Shown here: piece after piece, positions 17,930 through 26,000 of the stretch
Layout of the letters: each line of letters begins with the position of its first letter
Numbering within the stretch: position 1 is the stretch's first letter
IMG/VR virus record: IMGVR_UViG_3300045988_175002
Direction: 5' to 3' (one strand)
Length of the DNA stretch: 64,000 nt
Origin: a virus
Made by a program: the position numbers and the translations under genes
The notes under the pieces: generated by a model
The model's database searches: none
Seen by the model: the letters and a program-made list of their open reading frames with translations, nothing else
Told to the model about the DNA's origin: nothing

Positions 17930-17964
17930 GAAAAAGCCCCTCAGTCGAGGGGCTTTTCTTTTTG
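17930..17964. terminator. bidirectional rho-independent terminator
   Basis: aaaaagcccctcagtcgaggggcttttctttttg. A GC stem is flanked by an A-run and a T-run. It sits between the convergent genes ending at 17857 and 17965. Confidence 0.65.
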
Positions 17965-18972
17965 CTATCCCTTGTGCGTTTTCTCATACCATTCCACGAA
18001 TCCCAGCATGGCTTGCTGGAATGATGGTTTGAATTCGCCGTTTACGGGAATGTTTCGGTTGAGTGGCGTGGTCTTATAGTTTTCCGGTAAGGGTGTGGCG
18101 CACCATTCGGGTGGTATCCGGTCGGTGAATGGTTCCTCGCAATCGTCGCTGAACATGAGTCCTACCGGCTTGCCGTTGAGGAGGATTGTTGCGTGGGGGC
18201 TGATTTGTCCTTTCGCCAACCGGTATTCTCCTCTTGTCGTGTGTATTGGATAGTGGAAGGTTTCAGGTAGTCCTCCCCGCCGGTATTCGTCGCGTAATAG
18301 TCGAATCGGATTATAGTAGCGTTCCAATGCGGGGTATGCCCATTCGCATCCGCTCCAACAGTCGCGTACCCTGTCCATTCCGTCCCAGTTTTCTTTCGGA
18401 TTGGGTTGGATGCTGAGTTTGCGGTATCGGTCGGTTTGACACCAGCGGGCGGGATTGTTCAGGGCATAGTTCGGCGTGGTTTGTTCGGCTAACCGTATGA
18501 GAGTGCTGAGGGTGCATGAAGCATAATGTTGCTTGTCGTATCGTGCGACAAGCCGATACGGGTCGGCATCATCCTTGTTAAACACAGGCTTCAACACGCG
18601 TAAATGTTCCTCCGTTACGGGAATATCAAGGTCGGCTGGTAAACCCAACACTTCCATCCAACCTCCAAGCCTGTTCGTATCCCACTTGTAATCCTTGCAG
18701 TATTGCGCTTGCAACAGCCAAACCATCCAACGGCGCACATTCCGCATCAGTACGGGATGGGACGCGAATTCGAGAGGACGCCCCAGCATGTCATGATTCA
18801 CATTATCCGGCGTGGTAATACTGGTTCGATTACCGTACTCGTCCACTGCCGTCACGACGATATTGTGTCCGGCGTCCACAGCCTTGAACATGTCGCTGAT
18901 GTTGTCTTCCACGAACGTGGGCGGAATGGGACGCGACTGGACTTGACCATTAATCGGCACGGAGAGCATCAT
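17965..18972 (-). CDS. hypothetical protein (335 aa, Trp/Tyr-rich)
   Basis: ATG start. No motif recognised. Last gene of the minus-strand unit that contains the DGR. Confidence 0.5.
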   Translation of the reverse strand: MMLSVPINGQVQSRPIPPTFVEDNISDMFKAVDAGHNIVVTAVDEYGNRTSITTPDNVNHDMLGRPLEFASHPVLMRNVRRWMVWLLQAQYCKDYKWDTNRLGGWMEVLGLPADLDIPVTEEHLRVLKPVFNKDDADPYRLVARYDKQHYASCTLSTLIRLAEQTTPNYALNNPARWCQTDRYRKLSIQPNPKENWDGMDRVRDCWSGCEWAYPALERYYNPIRLLRDEYRRGGLPETFHYPIHTTRGEYRLAKGQISPHATILLNGKPVGLMFSDDCEEPFTDRIPPEWCATPLPENYKTTPLNRNIPVNGEFKPSFQQAMLGFVEWYEKTHKG

Positions 18973-19580
18973 TCACCATCCTCACTATTAGAGGCGAGTC
19001 GGGTTCGGAGTTCCCTCAACCGGCCTAACCGTTCCTCCACAGCCTGAATACGAACGTCAACCGCAGTCAACGTGTCACCATCCGGCTCAGACAACTCATA
19101 CTTGCCGGACGACAGTCGTTCCAGAAAACTGGTGGGAACATCCCATACCAATAATCGGAGTTTGTCGGGACTGAGATTCAACCCCGTATACAAGCCGGTT
19201 TTAGGCCACATGCCATCCACGAGAGCCACATTCGGCATCATGCGCGGTGGACGGTCGGGCTGATATTTTTCGACTAGGATTCGACCAGCGAACCAGATAA
19301 TGTCGCTATCCTGCTTGGAGTACGCGTACAAGTAGTCGTAGGGGTCGATGGTGACTGTGACACGCTTTTCAGCGTCCACGCCCTTATGCCACCAGAAATA
19401 TTTGTCTAAAGCTTCGAACACCAGCCTTTCCACACGCATATCGAACGTCCAAGTCTTCAACTTGTCATCAAACGTTCCACCCAACGCGCGGGAGCGACGT
19501 GCGAACAACGGATTATACGGAGCCTTAACCTTCAAACGGACATCACTGCGAGTGACCGTAATATCATCAAAACCTGCCAT
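18969..19580 (-). CDS. hypothetical protein (203 aa)
   Basis: ATG start. Overlaps the next gene by 4 nt, suggesting translational coupling. Lies downstream of the DGR reverse transcriptase. Confidence 0.5.
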   Translation of the reverse strand: MAGFDDITVTRSDVRLKVKAPYNPLFARRSRALGGTFDDKLKTWTFDMRVERLVFEALDKYFWWHKGVDAEKRVTVTIDPYDYLYAYSKQDSDIIWFAGRILVEKYQPDRPPRMMPNVALVDGMWPKTGLYTGLNLSPDKLRLLVWDVPTSFLERLSSGKYELSEPDGDTLTAVDVRIQAVEERLGRLRELRTRLASNSEDGE

Positions 19581-19849
19581 GACAGTTTCCTTTCACTCAA
19601 ACGGCATACTCTGACCAATGCGCTGATAACCTCTAAAGCCCCACATGGGCGAAGTCCCGAGGAAGGAAATGCAAGTAAACCCAGTGTAACACCAAGCTGG
19701 GAAGAAAAACTAGCCGACAAGCATGCCGAGTGAAATACGATACAATCCAAGCCTCACGAAATCTCATCCAAACGATTGAGGAAGCGGAAGATTCTGCGCC
19801 ACCGCTTCCAGCAGATTACACCCCTCCACCAATCTGGAAAGTCCGGAAA

Positions 19850-21079
19850 TCACGGGTGAAAAGCCAGCTTCCGCATTTCACAATGCCTCCGATACCACGC
19901 TTTCTCCCGAGCGCACAGTCCACGACGGTGAGTTAGACCCGACAGTGTGCTCTCATGGCTCGTCCAAGAATCCTGAACTGTCCGCAATCCCACATGCACG
20001 CCATCATATGAGCGGATAAAGTTACGCGCATGCCGTCGGCTTGCACGCAACGCCTTATGGTGCATGCGGATAAGAATACTGCCGTCATCCTGTACGCTGT
20101 ATACGCGTTTCAGGAATGTGAGTTGACCGGTGCGACAGTCCACTATGCGGGTCTTGCGCTTGTTCAACCGCAATCCCAATTGATTGACATGCCGCTCGTA
20201 ACCGGCCAGCACACGTTCGGCCTGTTCACGATTCTTGCAGAAACAGTAGGCATCATCCATATACCGTCCGTAGAATCCTTGCGACATGCACCAGTGGTCA
20301 ACCTTGTTCAAATACCAGATAGCCATGGTTTGGCTTGTCTGATTGCCTAAACCCAAGTGAGGTTCGTCCAATACGAAGATTCTCAATACGGTTAGAATCC
20401 GTTCCACATCCTGCTTCTCCCGTCCGGTGCGGGCGATGCTCCGGTACAGGGTGGAAATCATATCGAACGCTCGTTGGGAGCTGATACTTCCGAAATAGTT
20501 GGAACAGTCGAAGATGACAGCATACGGATGCTCCCATTTGCCCAAAGCCCGCTTATAGTGTAGTTCGAACCGTTTTCGGGCGAACGATGTTCCACGTTTC
20601 GGTAGGCTTGCCGCATTATCGTATATCAGTTGGCTTTCCACGATGGGGACGAGACTGTTGTCGCATAAGGCGCGTTGCACCACCCGGTCTCGGAAGGATA
20701 CCGCGCTGATGTGGCGGAGTTTGCCTCGTTCGGAAATGTCGAATCGGATTGGCGCTCTCTTCTTGTATGTGCCGTCCTCTAATTCTTGGGCGAGTTTCCA
20801 ACAGTTGACGGCACGCCTATTGTCGAAGTTCAACACTGTGTTTTTCCATGTGACGCCGCGTTTGCATTTTCTTGCGGCTTGGTAGAGCGCGTCGAATCCG
20901 AATGTTTGTTGGAAGTCGATGTAACGGTGGAGCTTCCTGTACTTATCATCCGAGCGTTGTTGCAGTCTGCGTTGGCGTCTTCTACGTCTTTGACTCGCAT
21001 TCACGATTTTAATGCTTCCTTCACTAGGGAAAGAGAAAAGAATGGTTGAGGGCAGGTCGTCGGCAACAACCCAAGACAT
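19850..21079 (-). CDS. DGR-type reverse transcriptase
   Basis: RT motifs are present. RVVQRAL...IYDNAASLPKRGTS covers motifs 1-2. FDCSNYFGSI is motif A. LGLGNQTSQ is the DGR-specific [I/L]GxxxSQ, in place of the group II QGxxxSP. YGRYMDDAY is YMDD. The protein is ~400 aa. It has a ~45-aa Arg-rich N-terminal extension (ATG at 21079; an alternative GTG lies near 21012). Confidence 0.85.
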   Translation of the reverse strand: MSWVVADDLPSTILFSFPSEGSIKIVNASQRRRRRQRRLQQRSDDKYRKLHRYIDFQQTFGFDALYQAARKCKRGVTWKNTVLNFDNRRAVNCWKLAQELEDGTYKKRAPIRFDISERGKLRHISAVSFRDRVVQRALCDNSLVPIVESQLIYDNAASLPKRGTSFARKRFELHYKRALGKWEHPYAVIFDCSNYFGSISSQRAFDMISTLYRSIARTGREKQDVERILTVLRIFVLDEPHLGLGNQTSQTMAIWYLNKVDHWCMSQGFYGRYMDDAYCFCKNREQAERVLAGYERHVNQLGLRLNKRKTRIVDCRTGQLTFLKRVYSVQDDGSILIRMHHKALRASRRHARNFIRSYDGVHVGLRTVQDSWTSHESTLSGLTHRRGLCAREKAWYRRHCEMRKLAFHP

Positions 21080-21261
21080 GCAATGATGTTGGACGCCCAG
21101 CTTAAGGGGCGAGTATCCGTCGTTTCCGACAGTCTTAATATCTCCCTCAACCTATTTCACACGCAACCCATTTTTCGAGGGGCCGCGCATTCGACCATAT
21201 CCCCTTCCCCTTCGGGAGGCTTTCACCCATTGGGCTACTGGCCTATCTGATGTTAGTTTTT

Positions 21262-21427
21262 GGTAAGAGGAATCGGGGACAACGGAGTAGCGATTGTTGG
21301 CATTGTTGTTGTAGCTGGGGTCGCCGTTCGAGTTCACTTGGAGGAAATTGTTGTTGTTGTTCGGGTTGGGCGAACGCTCCCACCAATTGTTGTTGTTAGC
21401 ACCAAGAGGAGTGGAACCGGAAACGGT
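21262..21427 (-). repeat. DGR template repeat (TR)
   Basis: ~165 bp, 91% identical to the 3' end of the target gene (offset 798 bp). The coding strand encodes ..NSNGDPSYNNNANNRYSVVP.. and is rich in AAC/AAT codons. All 15 mismatches to the VR fall on TR coding-strand A positions. Confidence 0.85.
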
Positions 21428-21469
21428 GTCACCATAGTTTGGATATGGCCGATTTTGTTCAATTATATT

Positions 21470-21985
21470 TTAGGCTTGCGCCCGAGTATCCATTATAGTG
21501 TTCGTTTTCGACTCGGCGTTTTTAGCTTTCTTCAACTGGTCTCGCTCATACTTGACGGCTCCGGTGAACACGCCCATCGCCTTGTAGAGGGTTCCCGCAT
21601 AGTTCACGAATTTCTTCTCCTTGACGACGGGATTGTATCTGGGGTCGCCTTCCGGATATTTCCTGTAGGCTTCCAAGTCTTTTTCCCGTGGAGGAAACTC
21701 CATCCAATCGTCCACAAGACCGGAGAGTGAGTTCAGCATGCCTTGGGCCTTGCACAACAGTTGCAGTTTCATCTCATGCTCTTCTACAGTGCTTGCATAA
21801 ATGATGTCGGCACTGTAGGCGGAGGAGTACATTTCGTAGGCGATATGCATGACATGCACGGTTTCAATGCAGTTACGGCTTTTAGGCCATTTGCGGAACA
21901 GATTTCTGGTAGCCAAGAGCACGATTCTGGCCTGATTCGCATATTCGCTTTTGGCTTTTGTACGTTTGCTTGCGGGAACCGTCAT
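21470..21985 (-). CDS. avd: putative accessory variability determinant (Avd-like small basic helical protein)
   Basis: 171 aa, basic (K/R-rich). ATG with an AAGGAG ribosome-binding site. It lies between the target and the TR, exactly where avd is found in DGRs. The assignment rests on position, size and charge, not on a recognised motif. Confidence 0.45.
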   Translation of the reverse strand: MTVPASKRTKAKSEYANQARIVLLATRNLFRKWPKSRNCIETVHVMHIAYEMYSSAYSADIIYASTVEEHEMKLQLLCKAQGMLNSLSGLVDDWMEFPPREKDLEAYRKYPEGDPRYNPVVKEKKFVNYAGTLYKAMGVFTGAVKYERDQLKKAKNAESKTNTIMDTRAQA

Positions 21986-22017
21986 AGGACTCCTTTTGTG
22001 TGAGATTTGAGTTTGGA

Positions 22018-22045
22018 GGGGTGGTGGGGATGAACCCCACCACCC
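22018..22045. other. perfect GC-rich hairpin immediately 3' of VR (DGR target-recognition hairpin candidate)
   Basis: gggtggtgggg-atgaa-ccccaccaccc is an 11-bp perfect stem with a 5-nt loop. It lies 15 nt past the target stop codon. No U-tract follows on either strand. Confidence 0.6.
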
Positions 22046-22057
22046 AAGGATTGGGGA

Positions 22058-22990
22058 TTAGAAGGAGAAAGCGGGGACAACGGAGTAGCGATAGTTGGCA
22101 CTGTTGTAGTAGCTGGGGTCGCCGTTCGAGTTCACTAGGAGGAAATAGTCGTAGTAGTCCGGGTCGGGCGAACGCTCCCACCAACTGTAGTAGTAAGCAC
22201 CAAGAGGAGTGGAACCGGAAACGGTCTTGTAGATGCCGGAGAGAATGCTATTACCCGACCAGTTATTTGTCACCTTACCGTGGAAATACTCGTATTGGCT
22301 TCCCTCCTGATTCAACGCTTGGAAACCACCAGAGGTCTTCCAACCATCGTATAAGGTTGGTACGAGTTCACGGTAGGAGACGAGCCATACTTTGTCTGCC
22401 GTGGCTGACGCGCTTGAACCGACTGTGCTTCCGTAGGCCATGTTGTTGGTTTGTTTCAGCACGGTTGTGACGTTGTTTTGGAAGTCGGTTGGGAATTGGT
22501 TCCAGATTTCACCATTGTTCATCTGATTGCGAAGAAGACTGTCACGCCAGCCGCCATTATTGGTGTGACTATTGTTCATGGCATACGCTTTCGGTAACGC
22601 GTTCCAAGCCATGAACGTCAATCCTGCTTTTCGTCCACTTCCGTCGGCTTTGTCGTCGTGGAGGATGCCGATGAGTCGGAATGGGAGGTTCGAGCCGTCT
22701 GATAGGGTGAGCGTGCCTTTGACCCCGTCGGTCAGGTTCTTTTCCATTGCGGCATAGTATGTGCTTCCTTTGCCTTTCTCGCTTAAATCGTCGGCAATCT
22801 GTTTCAATCCCGCCGCGTTATAGCCCGCGTAGCAAACCTTGTCCACGCCAGTATTGCATTTGGCTGGTTCGGCGGCTATTGCACTACCGGTGAGGAAGCC
22901 GCCGCAGACCGCGCTCATGATGGCGAGGGTGGCGAGGAGCCGCCGAACCATGTGACGGCTCCCGTGTGATTGTGTGGCGTGTTTGCCCAT
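22058..22990 (-). CDS. DGR variable (target) protein: secreted protein with C-terminal variable CLec-fold-like region
   Basis: ATG at 22988-22990 with a GAAAGGA ribosome-binding site. The signal peptide is MVRRLLATLAIMSAVCGGFLTGSAIA|AEP. The C-terminal ~50 residues (..YYYSWWERSPDPDYYDYFLLVNSNGDPSYYNSANYRYSVVPAFSF) are encoded by the VR. The WLVSYRELVPTL / YSVVP pattern resembles DUF1566/Lcl-type DGR targets; this resemblance is tentative. Confidence 0.75.
   Translation of the reverse strand: MGKHATQSHGSRHMVRRLLATLAIMSAVCGGFLTGSAIAAEPAKCNTGVDKVCYAGYNAAGLKQIADDLSEKGKGSTYYAAMEKNLTDGVKGTLTLSDGSNLPFRLIGILHDDKADGSGRKAGLTFMAWNALPKAYAMNNSHTNNGGWRDSLLRNQMNNGEIWNQFPTDFQNNVTTVLKQTNNMAYGSTVGSSASATADKVWLVSYRELVPTLYDGWKTSGGFQALNQEGSQYEYFHGKVTNNWSGNSILSGIYKTVSGSTPLGAYYYSWWERSPDPDYYDYFLLVNSNGDPSYYNSANYRYSVVPAFSF
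22060..22225 (-). repeat. DGR variable repeat (VR) at 3' end of target gene
   Basis: Aligns to the TR at an offset of 798 bp. The 15 substitutions are A->T (9), A->G (5) and A->C (1) on the coding strand, all at TR adenines. Homology ends a few nt before the stop codon, which marks the IMH-like boundary. Confidence 0.85.
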
Positions 22991-23001
22991 TCTTGTTCCT
23001 T

Positions 23002-26000
23002 TCACTGTTCTTCCTTCTTTCGTAGGAGGATGATTGCCGCGACGAGTCCGCTGATGCTGACGAGCATGAGGAGCGGCAACAGCAATCCCATGCCTGTGTG
23101 CGGCATGGTCGCCAACCATGTTTCAGGCAGGACACCCGCATCCACATGCTCCTTGGTTGGAGCATCTTGGGTGAGGGTGATGGTCAGCTTGTTGTCTTCG
23201 TCCGTGTAAGCGTCCGAATCAGTGGAGCTTCCATCCGTCGCAGGGGTCTTGTCTCCCACATCCGGCGTGGTGAAGTCCCGGTGGTTCACTTTGGTGAATT
23301 GGATACGGTATTTGTTGCCGTTCGCGTCCAGACGTTCGAAAATGTACTTGCCATCCTTGTCGGTCTTGGTGGTTGCCAACTGTTTGCCGTTCTCGTCAGT
23401 CAGAATGACCGTCTGACCGGCGAAATGCGTGTTCTCACCTTCATCTTGGATGCCGTTCTTGTTGGTGTCCTCCCAGTACAGGCCGCTGATGGAACCGAGT
23501 TTCTTCGCGGTGGTGGTTGGTGTGATGATGGTGCCGACTTGGTCGCAGGAGTCCTCGTCGGACGTGCTGAACCAGTGTTGGCGTCCTTCCTCCGTATAGT
23601 CCGTGTCGGTGCGGCATGTCGGATTGCCGGTCACATCATTCGTGTTGGTGTCCAGTTTCGTAGCGTCCGGAGTGTTCGGCGTGGTTTTGCCGATTGCGTG
23701 TGGCGTGCCCGAGTATGGTGTGTGTTCGGAGTCGAACCATGCTTGGTTGAGAATGGTCTTCGTATTCTTCTTAACCCACTCGTCAATGTACGACTGGTCT
23801 TTGCCTGTCATGTCAGCGGTCTCACGGTCAACTGTGCCGGTGAAATGGTAGATGACATAACCGCCCGGCTCAATCGCATACGGCAGATTATACGTGCGAG
23901 TAGTCAACCCATTCTCAGTGGTTTCGCTCGATGGCTCGACCGGTACGGCGGTTGGGTCGGACGATACCGCCATACCTTTCAAACCGGTGGAACGCGCGCC
24001 ACCCGTCTTACCGTCACCATACGGGTCGAAGCCCGCAATCATGACCTGTTTGCCAAGAATGAGCACGTCACGGTCGCCACCCGCCACGTCGGATGCGATG
24101 ATGCCCGTATCGACTGGGCCGATGACGTCCGTGTTGTTACCGGTGGAGCCGTTCGTCCAATACATGCCGTTGCCGGTCTTGCCGTTCGCCAATTGTCCGT
24201 CACCATTCCAGCCTGAGGCCCACAAGTGTTGGTTCTTGTCGATGGCGTACAGGGTATTGTATCCGCCGCTGATTTTCACAATGTCCTTCAAACCGGACAA
24301 GGTAGCACTATAGGTCGAGAACCAGAACACCGTCCCATCGTCTTTTAACGCGTACATTTGACCAAACGCGGCGGCGACTTGCGTGTAACCGCCACTGGAA
24401 AGCTGTCCCAAGGAAACGCCTGTACCGGAGTACAGGTATCCGCCGGACGTGTTCAAGGCGATGAAACCTTCCATGCTCGCACTGAGTTGAGTGAACTTGA
24501 CACCAGAACCGATTTGCGTCCAAGCCGCATAGTTCTGACTGCCTACAGCGTTTCCAACACCCCACAAAGTTCCGTCACTGGCGATGGCGACGGTGAACTG
24601 GTTGCCGCATGCCACGTCCGTGAACGTCTTATCCGAAGCGACTTCCGTCCACTGGTCACGATTATCCGTATCACCCGTACCCAATTGGCTGCTACCATTC
24701 CAACCGGTCGTATACAGGTGGCCGTCCGTGCTGATGGCGGCGGAATGTTTGCCACCGGCGGCGATTTTCAGCCAACTACCGTTGATGATGGTCGGCTTGT
24801 TCACGTTCGTTGGAGTGGCAGAATTCGTCGTGTCAGGCTTGAAACCAAGCTGACCATACTGGTTATTGCCCCACGCATACAACAAGCCCTCGCTCGTCAA
24901 CACGAACTTATGGTCGCCACTCGTCGCGACCTGCTTCGCGCCACCAGATTCGATGGAAACTGTACCGGCGGTAGCGGAAACATCATGCACATCAGCGCTC
25001 ATACGGTCAGAAACGACACTGGACGTGTCAAAACGACTAGTGCCAGAATTCTGTACTTTGACATCCCAGTTGATGACGCATTTCGTATCAGTGCAACTGG
25101 TGCCGGTGACGGTTTTGTCCACGGTGGCTTTCGGGTCTGGTTTCGCGTAACCGTAATCCACGCTGGTCTGGTTGATGCCGATAACCAAGTGGATGTCGTC
25201 GGAAGTGTCTTTCGCATTGGACTTGATTTTGTTCGACCAGCTTCGCGTGTTCACCACGTCTTCAAGCTTGTCGTAGTAGGTTTTGACCTGCGTCTGCACG
25301 CCATCACCCGTACTGGTGCCAGTGTTGCGTTTCACCGAAGTGCGGTAGGTGCCGGAGTGGAGTAGGTCGAACTCGTAATGACCGTCCTTATCGGTCTTCA
25401 CCGTTTTGACGGTCTGCCAGCCGCCGCTTGAATCCTGCTTGCCGAGGGTGACTTCCACCCCTTCGACACGTTCCTCACCGTCTCCGATGAGCGTGTTCTC
25501 ATCCTTATCCCACCAGACGGTGCCGCTGATGCTACCGGCCACTACCTTCGCCACGTCAGGCCACGGCTGGTTGCCCGCCGGTTTGTCGGAAGCGTCGGAA
25601 TAATAGTTGCGACCAAGCCACAGCGTGTACTTGTCGTCTTTCACATTGTCGGATGGGGTGAGTGTGATGGTGCCGTTCACCGCCGAATAGGACAGTTTAT
25701 CGTCAGACGCGACGACAGTGCTGGTCAGTCGGATGGCAGTGATGTTCTTCTTCTCGATGGCGGACAATTCATCCCATGTCTTCCACTCGTAGTCAGCCGG
25801 ATTATCCGACTTCTTTCCGGTGGTGGTTGAATAGTAGACGGTCGTACTGGTCGAATTGTCCATATTGACCGTGACGGGCTGGGTCAGTTCGTAGGAGCCA
25901 TGATAGTTGCTGTATCCACGCTCGTATTCGACCAGCTTGTCCTGCACGTACTTCTCATCACCATTCGCAGGAAGCAGTAGCATGCTATCCATGGTGCCGG

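Larger units (their letters stand above)
19850..23119 (-). other. diversity-generating retroelement (DGR) cassette: target gene-avd-TR-RT
   Basis: Canonical order on one strand. The TR/VR pair differs only at TR adenines (see the repeat features). Confidence 0.85.

Noticed and set aside
21260-21730. 156-aa plus-strand ORF overlapping the TR and the avd 3' end
   Set aside because: The Val/Gly-rich translation is the reverse complement of the Asn-rich TR. It is explained by the repeat and does not appear to be a gene.
21262-22225. Possibility that the TR/VR pair is an ordinary segmental duplication or a retron msr/msd
   Set aside because: All 15 differences are confined to adenines of one copy. 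One copy is in-frame at the 3' end of a secreted-protein gene. An avd-like ORF and an RT with DGR-specific motifs lie between the copies. Retrons lack such a cognate target repeat.
22991-23119. N-terminal 43-codon extension of the DGR target ORF (MVGDHAAHRH...)
   Set aside because: It overlaps the adhesin 3' end and precedes a good ribosome-binding site plus ATG at 22990, which is followed by a signal peptide. The extension is basic and low-complexity, so it is probably not translated.
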